Assembly: GCA_013239625.1 (NCBI GenBank)
Contig: MU056029.1
Span: 496,001-560,000, forward strand
Source of the DNA: Lama guanicoe
Taxonomy: Eukaryota
Length of the DNA stretch: 64,000 bases
Direction: 5' to 3'
Numbering within the stretch: position 1 is the first letter of the stretch; each line of letters opens with the position of its first letter. Below, in pieces: positions 25,060 to 37,715 of this stretch. A program made the translations under genes and the position numbers. The notes under the pieces were generated by a model. That model was not told the DNA's origin. It made no database searches and saw only the letters and a list, made by a program, of their open reading frames with translations.

Positions 25060-25900
25060 TGCCATGGGGGTCCACTCTGGCGTGGCCCTGGTACCCCAGG
25101 GCAGGCAGGATCTACAGTTCTGATGCCAGGAGGGTGGGCCCGGGATGCTCCCCACACCACCATGAAATTCTCCATCACCACCTGAATGTCTTTCAATTCT
25201 GCTCAATTCTGACACCATCAGAGATAGTAGAGACAGAATCAGATCCCACAGGTTAAAGTCTACAGGACTGCCCCACCTCAGGTGACAACTGCCAGTCCAG
25301 GTTGTCGCTTGTGCTTCTGACTCACTGGCTATAAATCAGAGGTTCCCATGACCCCTTCCTTCGGTTTGATTGATTTGCTAGACTGGCTCACAGAGCTCAG
25401 AGAAACATTTTACTTACAGATCGCCGGTTTATGATAAAAGGATGCAATTCAGGAAGAGCCAGATGGAAGAGATGCACAGGGTAAGGGATAGGGAAAGCAT
25501 GGAGCCTCCACGCCTTCTCTGGACATGCCACCCTCCCAGCACCTCTGTGTGTTCCCCAACTCTGTCCTTTTGGGTATTTTGGAGGCATCCTTACATAGGC
25601 ACAATTGATTAAATCACTGGACGTTGGCAATAGATTCACCTCTGTCCCCTCTCTCCTCCCTTGAGGCCAGGCAGGTGGGACTGAAAGTTACATTCTAATC
25701 CTCTAATCACATGGTTGGTTCCTCTGGTGGTGAGCCCCCATCCTTAGGTGACCCAAGGGCATTCCCAGAGTCTCTCAGGAACCATGAAATACACTCTTAC
25801 GATGCTCATCACTTAGGAAATTCAAAGGGTTTTAGGAGCTCTGTGGCCAAAACAAGGATGAAGGCCAATGCATATTTCTTATTATAAATCATGACACCAC
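25060..25900 (-). mobile_element. MER21-like LTR
   Basis: CAATTCTGACACC, GGCTATAAATCAGAGGTTCCCATGACCCC, GGCTCACAGAGCTCAGAGAAAC and AAGGGTTTTAGGAGCTCTGTG motifs. Confidence 0.8.
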
Positions 25901-26340
25901 GTCTACCTTCTGGGAGCTTCCCCAAGCCGCTGGAGACTCTTTGAGGTGTGGACCACATGCAGAGAAAGGGAATTCACTCACCTCCCATCTGACAGGACCT
26001 ACCTTCTGCATTCTTACCCTGAGGACATTTCTCCCCTGGACCACAGAGTCCATGAACATGGGCTTGGGGTAGAAATTGTACAAATCGGTGGGAACCAGGG
26101 TTGATAGAAGTCACATCTTGGTTGCCAAGTTAAGATGGTTAGAGTTTTTCTTGTGTCCGCAGGGGGATCCACAAATGGCTTCTGGAAGTGGAGAATGAAA
26201 TGACTGGACTTTAGGGAAGAAGAGCGAAAATCAGGGAGAGGATGTGAGGGTCCCGCTAGGGGCAGTGACCTTCACAGGGCACAGGAAGAAGCGATTTGAA
26301 AGACTCTTGGGGAAAAAGGAGAATTTCTGCTGGACTAGAA

Positions 26341-26384
26341 ACTCTCTCTCTCTCTCTGTCTCTCTGTCTCTCTCTTTCTCTCTG

Positions 26385-26417
<33 letters not shown>

Positions 26418-26433
26418 GTATACGTGCACACAC
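26341..26433. repeat. Compound (CT)n/(TA)n microsatellite
   Basis: Direct reading of the sequence. Confidence 0.95.
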
Positions 26434-27330
26434 ATGTCAAGGGAAAGAGCAAGACTGAAAATGATGCTGGGATTTGGTGCTTCAGAATGGCAGAATGGTG
26501 ATGGAATTATCATCAGTAGGAAAGTTAATAAAAAGAACAGATTTGGTCAGCAAGTACTAAAGCAAATTAAAACCATAGGACTGATGATACTGGCTAACAT
26601 AGGTAGGCATTGGAATCCTGCAAATCCTGGGAGATCAAGTGCATTGGCTTTGGCTGTCCTGCTGGGCAGTGTGGGGCGCAGAGGAGAAGCCCTGCTTACA
26701 CCCACCGCCCACCCCGAGCCGTTCTGATCAACTGTCTTCCCAGCATCCGCCGCCCTCCCTGGGTCACTGGTCATCGTCCTTCCCACCCGCTCTGTAGCCG
26801 CTGCCGTCGGGACCGCAAGCTCCCCCACTGGCTCTCCCTGACCAGTTCTGACTGCACCTTCTTGGGGTTCCTTGCCTTCTTTCCTACTCTCCCACCCTGC
26901 TGCTTATCCTAAACCCTTTCCTGGGGAGGCTGTAGTCACTGTCAGGGTTTCAGGGACTGTGTATGTGGCCGTGGAGCCCAAAAAGAAACCCTCAGCTTAC
27001 CCGCTTCCCTCCTGGCTTGGTTCACGCTGAAGAACTCCCCCATCAGCAAAACACCGAACTCACACCCCAAGTGGGACATGTTCCCAAAGGAACTTCACAT
27101 CTTTCCCCACTAAGTCTACCTACCCCACAGCAGCAGTCCTTCCTGTTTCACTTCCAGTCGGCCCCAGATGTTTTTCCAGCTGATGTCCCTACCCACCCAT
27201 GCTCCTACCTGACCCAGACCCCTCAGGAAGGCTGCCACAGACCCGCCCATGTTCTGTGCCCCAGGCTGAGGCAGAGCCCACCTTGCCACCTCTTACAGAA
27301 GATCCTGGAGTGTCTCTCTTTTGTCTACAA

Positions 27331-27516
27331 CAGTGATCTTCAACTGGGGTACTCTTCCTGCCAGGGGACATTTGGCAGAGCCTGGAGACATTGTTGGGGA
27401 CAGAGTTGCTCCTGGTACCTCATGGGTGGAATCCAGGGATGCTGCTAAACAAGGTACAATCCTCATCACCATTGTCTGGCCCCACACGGCAACAGCGCCC
27501 AGGGTGGGCAACCCTC
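27331..27516 (+). mobile_element. MER20 hAT element
   Basis: CAGTGATCTTCAACTGGGG...GGGGACATTTGGCAG...CCAGGGATGCTGCTAAAC. Confidence 0.75.
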
Positions 27517-27559
27517 ACCTACAGTCCACAGGGTGCCCGCGGCTCTGGCCACTGACCGG

Positions 27560-28045
27560 CTGCATCTTTGCTCCTGCCCCTCCAGCTTTGCCTGTTATGT
27601 CCAGAAACATGGATTTGCTCCTAGCTCTTGGAGCGGGCGGCTGCCAGGTCCTCTCCTATGCCTTCGCCCCTCTGTCTCCTCTGCTTGTCTTGTCCTCTCC
27701 TTTCCCTCTCACACTTGCTCTTTGCATCAGTTATGACTCCTGCATCCTTTGAGATGCATGCCAGGCCATCCCCTGGCATGAAATGGCCCCTGGCGCTCCG
27801 GTCTCCCGGCATCCATGCTGGCCTCAAGGCCTGCTCTGTGCTCTCATAGTGCCCTGTGCAAATACACATTTTTGCCATCTAAGTACCTGTCTCCCAACTA
27901 AACCATGAGATGAGATTCTTTGTGATGAGATTATGCCTTGTACAAACCTCCTGTGTCTCTTATGCCAGGCATATAGTGGCTGTTCAAAATGTAGATTAGA
28001 TTGGTTGGTTTTGTTCAACAAAGAATCTGTGAATAAATGAATGAC
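27560..28045 (+). mobile_element. L2 LINE 3' end relic
   Basis: CCTGTCTCCC...CATATAGTGGCTGTTCAAAATG...GAATAAATGAATGA tail. Confidence 0.5.
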
Positions 28046-28719
28046 TGGAGGAAATGAATGAAGTCCCATGTTTCAGCATTTATGTCCAGAACATTTTTTA
28101 CTTTACGCTACTAATGCCCAAGCATGGGGCAACTTACATTAAATAAGTAAACAGCAGCAACTTAAGTCGGACACCAGTGCCTTAATTTTTATGAAAATGT
28201 AAGCTGCTTCTTAAGCTGTAGGACATCTAGTGAAATATGATCACACTTTATTAAATCGTCAAGCACGTGGAAACTTGGGAGGGAGAAAATACAAATGAAA
28301 TGACATGTGACCTACTTGAAAATGTGGAAAGATTATTATGTATCATTATAAGTCATGACAGCTCTTTGAGCTTCTGTGACGAGTAAAGACACTTGGGTTG
28401 CAGGACACAGGCTCACTTCTGTCCTGCACAAAGCCCTCCATCCTTCCACTCTTCCGTGTCCTCGCGCAACACGAGGTCTGCAAAACACTTAGTGCTCCCA
28501 CTGCTTTTTATTTTATTAAATCCAAAAATTCTTATTAAGGACATTGTTTTTTATGCCTAAAAATTTGGGCAAGGGGGTTTTGTGTGTTTTCCAATTTGTG
28601 TGAGTTGCAGAGAGAGACAGAAAGGATGCGTGATTTAATCAAATGCCACAGGCATCACTGGGCGTGAGAGGCATCTCACAGAGAGAAAATTAATTTGGGT
28701 TACCATGTCGGGGTCGCTG

Positions 28720-29274
28720 TGTTGTTGAACCCAAGTTCATGCGCCCGACACACAGTGAGGCCAAATAAATCAAAATGTTGGATTTTGGAGCAAAGAAAGG
28801 TTTATTGCAGGGTATGTGTTTCTTCTGATTGGCTGATGATGAAGGAACAGGGTGGTGTTCCAGGAAGCTTGGGTTCAGTGAGAAGTTGCCATCCCCACTG
28901 GGGTGACTTCTTGGAGAACTCAAAGGTGGCGCTCTGCGTGTCCCTGGAGGAGGAACCAGGACCCTGCCCCGCGGCTGCGCTGTTGTCTCTTGACTGCCCT
29001 TCCTTTGTTCCCTCCTTCTCTTCACTCCCCTTACTGGTAACTGAATCTGCCTTTGGAGCTCAGGGAAAGTTGAGGAAGCTGAAGCCTTTTTCCTGCAAAG
29101 ATGTGGGGGACACAGGAAGGGTTTCACACCTGGGAAGGTCCCACAGGTCCTGCTCGGTTTCCACCTCCCCTTTTCTTAGATACTTCTCAACCCTAAGGGA
29201 GAAAGGGAAATAAAGGGAATACAGTTTGGGGTAGAGGGGTCAGCCATGAACCTGGCAGAGGAACTTGGTTTCCA
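28720..29274 (-). mobile_element. ERV1-class LTR with duplicated terminus and internal PPT-like tract
   Basis: TGTTGTTGAACCCAAG start, TTTATT (minus-strand polyA signal) near 28801, terminus-like CTCGGTTTCCA (~29153) and CTTGGTTTCCA (~29264). Confidence 0.75.
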
Positions 29275-29304
29275 CGAGGAGGGAACGCACAACCGAGCAG
29301 CCAG

Positions 29305-29783
29305 TGTCGACTGGAATAAACGCGCAGCCTAAAATCTGAGAGTTACGTTTCATTTGGCGGGAGGACTTGAGCTGGGATGGCAGCCCCGCAGATCGCTCTG
29401 AGGGTCTGCTCCGAAGAGGGACGGGAGGAGCTAGGATATATAGGAGCTTTACGACGCAGACCAGGTAGTGGGAACAATAAAAGATTACTTGTTATCTGGA
29501 GAAAACCAGGCATCTCCAGTTAAAGAATTTAGCGCTTTTTTATGTGTTGGAGATAGCAAGCATTTGGGCTCACTGAATTCATTCCTTTGACAAGCACCTA
29601 GATATCTAGGACCTGTGTCCCGTCCTGCCTTATTCTGAGACCCCTCAGAGGGCACCACTGTGAGTGGCTGCAGAGGCCGGGCTGCAGGCTTGTCTTCCCT
29701 GGGGGGTAGCGGCAGTGGCTAATGACTTAATGGCTTCAGAATTCTTTGTTTACTGATATGGTTTGCAGTATTTTTCACTTACA
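29305..29783 (-). mobile_element. ERV1-class solo LTR, family A, perfect TSD CCAG
   Basis: TG...CA ends, aligns with 8644-9150, CCAG on both flanks. Confidence 0.92.
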
Positions 29784-29849
29784 CCAGGAACAAAACCCAT
29801 CAGACCCACAAAGGGAGAATCCAGCAGGGCCCATGTAGTGTTGTGGCTG

Positions 29850-30389
29850 CGCTGTGGGAAGATGGGGCAGGAGAGGATGGCATGTCCCAGGTCCCAGGTG
29901 AGTCCCTGAGATGCGCCCCACCAGGTGAGGGTCCTTGGCTTCATGCAGGAAAGAATTCAAGAGACAGCCATAATAAAGTGAAAGTGTATTTATTTAGGGA
30001 GATGCACACTCCACAGGCTGAGTGGGGGCATCTCAAAGGGCAGAGGCCCCAGAGTGTGGGGATAGTTAGCTTTTATGGGCTGGGCAATTCCATATGCTAA
30101 GTGGGATGATTAATCCAACGGGTTTGGGGAAGGGGCAAGAATTTCCTGGGTTTGGGCCCCCACCCACTTCTTGGCCTTTTGTGGTCACCTCAGAACTGTC
30201 ACAGTGCCCGTGGGAGCGTGACTTACTAGCTAATATATTACAGTGAGGGTACAGTGTGGCTTACGGTCTGCTGGGAGTCCAACCTTCTGCCATCTTGGGC
30301 CCGATTGGTTCTAATCCATTTCTGTCTTCTCCTCAGTCGTTGTGTCAGTCTTTCAGTGGTTGTGCCCTGCCCCCTTCCCTCCTGGCTCA
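29850..30389 (-). mobile_element. ERV1-class solo LTR, family D, TSD GCTG
   Basis: Ends ...GCCCTGCCCCCTTCCCTCCTGGCTCA. GCTG at 29846-29849 and 30390-30393. Confidence 0.9.
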
Positions 30390-30405
30390 GCTGAATTGAA
30401 CAAAC

Positions 30406-31045
30406 TGAGACAGGAGGGGAGGGGGCAGGTCACAGCCACTCAAGGCATGGCAGCAGTTTAACACCAAAATGGTGGAAGATTCAACTCCAGGTGGCCTTGA
30501 GGATTAAGGTGGTGGGAGGTCTGACTTCAAGTGGACCTTGGGCTTCATTATATGCTCATTGTAACAGCGTGATCAATAACATGCCTGCAGGCGCCGTGAC
30601 AGCCCCAAGGCTAACCGCAAACGGCCAAAGAATGGGCAGAGGCCACTTCCTGGGAATCCCAGCCCCTTCCCCAGGGCAGTTGGAATGGTCCCACCTGTAG
30701 GCCTGTGAAGCGACTGAGCCCATAAAAACTGGCAACACCGCGCCTAGCACCCTTTCTCGCTCCCTCCTCTTTGGAGACGGCCCGCACTGACTGTGGAGTG
30801 TGTGCCTACTTTTACTTTAACCTGAGCACCCGATTCCCACACCTCTTTCCTTGCCTTTCCCTTGCCTTACACTCTATGCAGTGTGTATCTCTCTAAATAA
30901 GTCTACCTTTGCTCAATGGTGGCTTGCACTTGAATTCTTTCCTGCATGAAGCCAAGGACCCACACCTGGCAGGGCACGTCCCAGAGGCTCAGCCAGGAGC
31001 TGGGACACGGCCCTCCTCACGCCCCACATCCATTTTCCTGCATCA
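30406..31045 (+). mobile_element. ERV1-class solo LTR, family D, TSD AAAC/ATAC
   Basis: TGAGACAGGAGGGGAGGGGGCAGG start and ...TTTTCCTGCATCA end. Confidence 0.92.
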
Positions 31046-31234
31046 ATACCAGTCAAGAAAGTCAGAAGAACTCAGTTTCGAGGGACTTCAGTGGCCACGG
31101 CTCGTTTCCACTTTTCCTTCCGCACAGGCAGAGTGGGATTGCTGGACAAAGCAGCGGTGGGTGGTGGCGTCGAACGGCTCTGGATCCCAGGTCTGAGCTG
31201 AATATGGAGGTGCGTTAGCTCCTGATGCCTGCTG

Positions 31235-31759
31235 TGTCAGGAGGGAGAACTTTTCCTCTGTCTTTCTGGGTTCTTCTAACTGGTCTGAGAGTTACACCGA
31301 CATGAGGCAGATTCACAGGAGGAAGTCAAACAAGAATTTCATGCCACATAAATACGGGAGAGAGCCAGGGAGACTGAGTAACTCTCCAAATGGCCAAAAT
31401 CCACCTTAAATACCATCTTAAGCTAAAGATAGAAAAGGAGGTTGAGGGTGGGGAGGATCAGTCATGGGAGGTGGCCTGGAAAAGCATGAGGGTGATCATG
31501 ATGCAGATTTAAGCCATTGCCTTCTCCACTGATGAAAGTTTCTAGAGATGTCATCACCCTAGTCTCCCAGGCACTGAGAGGTAGACACCCTTACAAATGG
31601 AGATTTCCTTTGCAAATGTGCAGATTCCTTACAAAAGGACAATTCCTACCTGTTTTTCATAGTTTCCCCCAGGTCTACTCTTCCGTAGAAAATAACCAGT
31701 ATAAAGTAATTACTATGTCAAGCAGACACATTTTGGGGTAGCGATTCTCCTCCCCTACA
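31235..31759 (-). mobile_element. ERV1-class solo LTR (MER34/LTR39-like)
   Basis: TGTCAGGAGGGAGAAC...CACATTTTGGGGTAGCGATTCTCCTCCCCTACA. Related to 20760-21264. Confidence 0.75.
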
Positions 31760-32754
31760 CCGCTATGTGGTGATACAGACAGAGGGATGGAAGGTAAATA
31801 TTCAGACACTTTTGTAGAAACTTGACACTGACCCAGCATCCCTGTATGCAATCATGGGACTCAGTGAGTGGGCATGGACCCGCTCAAGTGCTGTTGGACC
31901 CTTGGGGTCAGAGCCACAGACTAACCACGTGCACAGGACTACGTTACAGCATGTGACCTTTATGGCTGACTTATCAACTACAAGGCAAGCTTATGCATCT
32001 GAAAAAAAAAATGGGAGCATTTAGTCTACAATAGCTGATGTTTATAATTATTATAATTTTAAATTAACCCAGTGTTAATGTTATTAGCTAAAGCAACTGA
32101 AGTGAAATTTGTAGTTTTTTTAAAATATCCTAATTTGCTGATAATGAAACAAGTTTTAATGGATTTCTTTTTTTTAAACCAAGAAAAGATACACCTTGTA
32201 AACCAAGTTGTGATGATGTAAGTGATTCTGAGGATGGGAAGATGTTACTCACACCTGCCCCTGAAAGCTAAATGATGCTTATCTTGATTTAGCTCTGTGT
32301 TTATTTCAACAGCTGTGCAAGAGACAAGCAGGGTCAGCCACCTTGAACCACTCTGACCTGACCACGGGAACACGCCCTTGCATATGAGACATGGACGTGT
32401 CTGAAAGCTACCTTTGCTTCATTACTTTGCTAAAGTCTGCGGTGGGGGATGGGGGTGGGTGAGTAGGAGGGATTTACACTCTTCTGGACACAATCCGTGC
32501 TGTGTGCAAAGAAGTGTGGAAGACTGCATATGCCCAGCTGCCCCTGGAAATCTCCATCCCTTTTCTAAATCTATCCAAGGCTTTCTGTATTGAGAAACTT
32601 TTTCTCTCCCCTCCAAAATGTCAGTGGACTTAAAGAATGTATTTAAAGACAGGGAGATTGATTAGAAAAATGAACTCAGTTTTTTACCCTTTCCAGTTTC
32701 CATGTCATTTGCAGCTCTTACCAAGAAGAAATGGATTGAGTTTTCCATCTTTGT

Positions 32755-33087
32755 GAATCTGGCTTGACCTGTTCACATGTATTGGCTGACGGAATGCATG
32801 GGAATTAAAGGTGTGTCAGTTTTGACTCTAGGCCTCAAGAGGTCCTCAAGCTTTTCCTTTGGGCCCCTGCTGAGGCCGGGCTAGTGTGATGGGCTGCCAT
32901 CACCTCCACCGTGCCGACAGCCCACCCACCCCCAGACAAGTGACACCTCCTTGCAGAGCTGGTTTCTCCCTGAACAACCAGCCAGGCTGGGCCAGGTCTG
33001 GCCCAGGTGTCAGAACTGACCAGTTGACCAGAAGACTCCAGAGCAGTCATCAGTAGCGTACTAAGCCCTTAAACAGTTTGGCAATAA
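32755..33087 (+). mobile_element. Old MLT1 (MaLR) LTR fragment
   Basis: TAGGCCTCAAGAGG...TAAGCC...TTTGG pattern of MLT1F/H-like elements. Heavily diverged. Confidence 0.45.
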
Positions 33088-33980
33088 TGTTAGCAGGCAG
33101 TGAGACCCGTAAATGAAGAGGCTCACGAAAGTGTGGGTCCTGGCCCCTGGCTGTGAAAGAATTCACAGCAAAGGCAGAGGGACAAAGTGAAAAAGCTGCT
33201 TTATTTCTCAGAAGAGGAAAAGGAAGGAAATTTCTTGAGCAGGGAGAAGGAAAGAAAAGCTCTTGGTGGGAGAGCTGTCAGCCAAAACGGCCAGTTGAGA
33301 CAGCTCCAGCTCAGGTTCAGCCACGTGGACTGTTATGGGAGGCTTCTGCCATCATGTCCTCCCTTCTGGGTGTGATGGAGCCAGTCAGCCTCTGTATGGG
33401 CTTTGCAGTCCTTGCACAGGCATTTCCAGGTGCTGTCATACCAACTGTCAGCTGTCATGGCACTGGTGGGTGTGTCACTTAGCAGCTAATACATCACAAT
33501 GAGCATATAATGAGGCTCAAGGTCCACTGGAGGTCAGATCCTCCGCCATCTTGGACTCCATCAGTTCTGAGAAGTTCTTGTTTCTTCTCCACAGCTGCCT
33601 CCTGAGACTTAGATAAGAGTAATTGATTCCTAGTCAAGGCAGGGGCAAGGGTATGACCCTGGGGGCAACAGCCTTGGTAACAAAAAGGAAAGTTGCTTTT
33701 AGTCAGAATGCCTGCAATCTGGTGGACCCAGCATCCCCCCAAAAAATCATCTCCATAAATTCTGTTCAGCCATGAAAGTTTTAAAGGGAAATGAAGGCGT
33801 AATCTCAATTAATCACTGAGCTAAGCGGTCAGAGCCATTGCCACCACCCGGTGCCTGCAGGCTTGTCCTCATCAACTGAGTGAGCTGCTCTTCTAAGACT
33901 CAGGGAGGCCTGGGGGACTCAGCTCTTCTATAAACAAGAGACGGAGCTGTTGGGGGCCCACAAGGTCCTGCCCAGTATCA
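33088..33980 (-). mobile_element. Composite ERV LTR block (LTR 33088-33682 joined to a partial second LTR 33683-33980)
   Basis: TGTTAG start, internal terminus GGTAACA at 33682, final GGTCCTGCCCAGTATCA. ATAA flanks the whole block. Confidence 0.7.
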
Positions 33981-34144
33981 ATAATGTAGTAAAAACTGCA
34001 AACTATGTAAAGCTTGAGATGTTACATTTGAGATGATTCTTTTTATGAAACGCATAAAAGCTGATTCAAAACACTGGGATTACCTGCTGATGTGTGATGG
34101 TTATTGAGGAGAAAAGTTCTGCTAAGAATGTTTACACTTCAGAA

Positions 34145-34350
34145 CAGAGTTAGCAAGTGAAAATACAGGATGCCCAGGAAATCTGGATTTGTGTTGATAA
34201 AAAACAAATAATTTTTAGTATAAGTATGTCCCAAGTAGTGTATAGAGCACAGTTACATTCATATAGAGAGACAGAGATAAAAAGAGAGAGAGAGCATTTA
34301 TCTGAAATTCAAACTTAACCAGGCCTCCTGTACTTTATGTGGTGATCCCA
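34145..34350. mobile_element. MER53 palindromic hAT MITE (degraded)
   Basis: AAAATACAGGATGCCCAG...TTTTTAGTATAAGTATGTCCCA...TTATCTGAAATTCAAACTTAAC. Confidence 0.7.
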
Positions 34351-36359
34351 TTACATAGTCAGAGTCACACCTGTACTTCCGTCAGCCGTGATTTCCACTT
34401 TTCCTTGCATTGAGTGTTAAGTCCCACGGATAATACAGGAATAAGCAAAGGACATCTGTCTGAGAACAAGTGATGTGTGCCACGTGGTCCACCGTGTGCA
34501 TTGGTGAAGTTTATAGAAACTGAGGTCTGGAATGATGATGGGGCAGAAGAGGGGAGCAAGAAGGAAATGAATCTGTGTCCTGTAATAAACAGGCTAGAAC
34601 TGAACGGGGGCTCCGAGACAAATCAGGAAAAAATTGACACCCCCCCACACACACACGTGTGTGTGTGTGCATGCGCCTCCCATGTTGCTTCATGCCTCTT
34701 TCAAGCTCATATGAATTTCCACCCCTGCATGCCTTCCCCAAATGCCTGCACCCTTGTAGATTCAACATTCAGGGCTGTATTTCTTTTTCATGATGTGTAG
34801 TATGTGGGAGGACGGGAAGGAGATGTTTTCATAAAATGTGAACAGGGCGGCTTTCCAAAAGAAAACATTTCAACAGGTCAGCTACTCACTGGCAGCTGAT
34901 TTAGACTAGCAGGTGAGTAAGAAGAACTCTTCTTGGGTCAGGTGTACTTCCCACACATGCAGCAGAGTCTTCAGAGGATACATATAGCCTTATATACACG
35001 TGCACGCACATATGTACACATATACTTTTGTGGGAATGCGCATGTACTGCATAGATTTCTTTTTCTTGGCTTAGAACATATGAAAAGAGTTCTTGTACTG
35101 AACATAAGTTCGTCACTTTTCATTCTCTGTGCTGAGATTGCTCTGAAAAAAAAAACTGTATACAGTCTTTAAAAATGGTATTTCTAATCTCTACAGCAAA
35201 GCACCCAGTAAAAAAACTTATCTTCAGCTATGCATTTCAGTGAGTGATTCTAGAATCTCAAATCTGGACAACAATTGACTGGAAGAGAGGCTGGGTCCAT
35301 GTGACAAAGGACCCGTGACACTGTGGCAAGGGTATGTGTCAATGCCCGGTCCTTCTCCAAAGGGACCCACGGCCGTTTGCTCAGGAAGCCATCCACCGGG
35401 GAACGGACGTATCTTGGTTGTATCTGCTCCCTGGACCACCTGCACCCAGCGACTGGCCCACAGAAGGCTGCAAAGCCCCAGCCTCCTGCCTCAGGGTGGA
35501 CCACCGTGCAGGGCTAGCCCAGCTTCTGCGTTCCCTGCAGGCTCGATTGAGCCATCACGGTTCAATCATCCCCTCGGCCCCATCCTGCCCCCCCTCGTCT
35601 GCTGTGCTGCCTGGAAGCGTCCCCTATAAACCCGCTGCGCATGGTTCTCAGGGCTCACGGCTCAGGGAGCCTGACCTGCGGGAGCACATCACTCTACTCC
35701 GTAAACAGTAAGCGACTCGCTTGTTAAAATTGCAAGTGTAGTTCATGTTGTCAGTAAACTGGTTACTATGAATGGCCTTGCTTAAGGGTGTCTGTGCACC
35801 ACACCGTTGCCTCGGTGGAGTGCTGTGGGCTGGACCACTGGGAAGAGCCAGGAATCAGCCTGTGGCCTGCCCCGCCCGCTGGCTTCCTCACGGTCAGCAT
35901 CTAACTATCCTTGAGCGAGCCCTGGCTAACAGAAGCCGCGAACACATCTTCTGCTTTGTGAAATATGCTAACTGCTGTTTTGCTCAATCTATAAAGAGAG
36001 ATCTGGGGCAGGAGTAGGAGTAAAGTTTCTCCCCTCTCTTTCCCTGATGACAATAGACAATTCTCTGCCACTTGAATTAAACATCTCTCCACTGTGCCCA
36101 AAGACACACTGTGTCCCCTTCTGTGGCAGGAAGGATGGACCAGGACTGTTCTTGGTGGTGGGGTATGGTGCCTTCCTTTAAGTGGGGGCTGGGGTGATGG
36201 TGCTAAATATTTTCTTCAGGGGTCTAGGCAACATCCAAGATTTAGCATTTGCCTAGAGTTCCCAAATTCTCCCTTGTGTGTTAAATTTCTACTGGACACA
36301 AAACTGGCAATCGTGCAGATATTTCAAACTCAACATGTTCCCTTTGTTGTTGGTACCTT

Positions 36360-37050
36360 GTCCTCCTCCTGTTCCCCGAGTCAGAGGCCTGGGAACTATT
36401 CTTGACCCCATCCTCTCCCTACTTTTCTACCAGCTGTCAGATACCAGCTATCCGATCAGTTGTCCGGTCCTACTGACTCTCTCTCCATGTATCTCTAAAC
36501 TCCGCCCCCTTCGTGCCATCCTGGGGCAAATGTAGATTTCAGGGCTTCTTTCTATTAAGCTTTGACTCCTGGAAGGGCCTCTTATTTGGTCAACTTACCT
36601 CTAGTGGCTCCCTTCCAACCTTTCTGTCACTCTTCTGCTAGAATAATCTTTCTAGAAAAGAGATCTAATTATGTTTTCTCTGTTTGACACTGAGTGGTGA
36701 CGTGACCCCTCATCACTGACTCTTCACCTTGGCGACTTTCTAAATGTGATCCACAGAGCCTGGAACAAGTCTTTCTTCTGTTGAAGAAAGCTATCCTTGG
36801 CTTGGGAGAGTTTGGAAACTACTGTGATGCAATACTGACTACTAGTATTTCCTCTGAACACTTCAAGTTGCTTCAAAAACATTTTCTCTTATATATGGAT
36901 CCTTTCTGTCTGGAACAAATCTTCACCATTTTTAGGACTGGGTAGACCACTAATTTTACTTCAAAGTAGAGCTTGGAAGTCATCTCCGCTTTGAAGCCTT
37001 CCTGAACCCAAGGGCAGAGCCCATTGCTCAGAGGCCACCCTAGTTTTATC
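36360..37050 (+). mobile_element. L2 LINE relic
   Basis: CCTGGGAACTATTCTTGACCC...GCTAGAATAATCTTTCTAGAAA...GAAGCCTTCCTGA pattern. Confidence 0.5.
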
Positions 37051-37072
37051 TTCTACCATTTGGAGTTGAGAA

Positions 37073-37715
37073 TGTTGCCAGTGAATAGGTTCTTGTCCCA
37101 TCACAGAAGGAATTCAGAGATGGGACGCAGAGGTTAAGAAAGTAAAGTGGGGATTTATTAAGGGATAGACGGTACATTCTCAAGGGGAGAGCGGGCAGGC
37201 TCAGGTGAGCAGCTGCCCTGAGTTTCTTTGGAAAATTGGTTATATAGAGTGTAAAAAGTATTGGGCAGAATATTCACTGGGGAGAAAAATGTTTGAGGTC
37301 AGATTCCCTATTTTCCATCCCAGCTCCACCCTCCCGAGAGGAGAAGGGATTTTATCCTTATTTAGTCTGGATCGGAAGTGTCATGGCATCGGTGTATGAT
37401 GGGTGTTTCTAATCTGCAAGGCTGATTTTATTGTAATGAAGGCATAATGAGCAAAATGTTGCATTCAGACACTGGAGATTTCTGCATTTTCCCACATTTC
37501 TTTGTGGGCCTCGAGGCCACTTGCTCCCCAAAATGTGTGATTTCTTATCAGTCCAGAGGTTCCTGCTTTTCTCTGTCTGCCCAAGGACCCCTGTTGTTTA
37601 CATGATGCAGGGTTTCCTGTGTTTGGCCCGTGTCTCTCCTTTTTTGCCCAATCCCTGCCATTTGGCCTGCATCCCCCTTTCTCTGCTCATGTCTAGCAAT
37701 CTGCCTGCTCTAACA
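37073..37715 (-). mobile_element. ERV1-class solo LTR
   Basis: TGTTG...TAACA ends, TTTATT near 37155, GTTATATAG TATA-like near 37240. Confidence 0.82.

Noticed and set aside
34646..34667. 22-bp palindrome (CA)5C-G(TG)5
   Set aside because: Juxtaposed CA/TG microsatellites are common and no function is implied.
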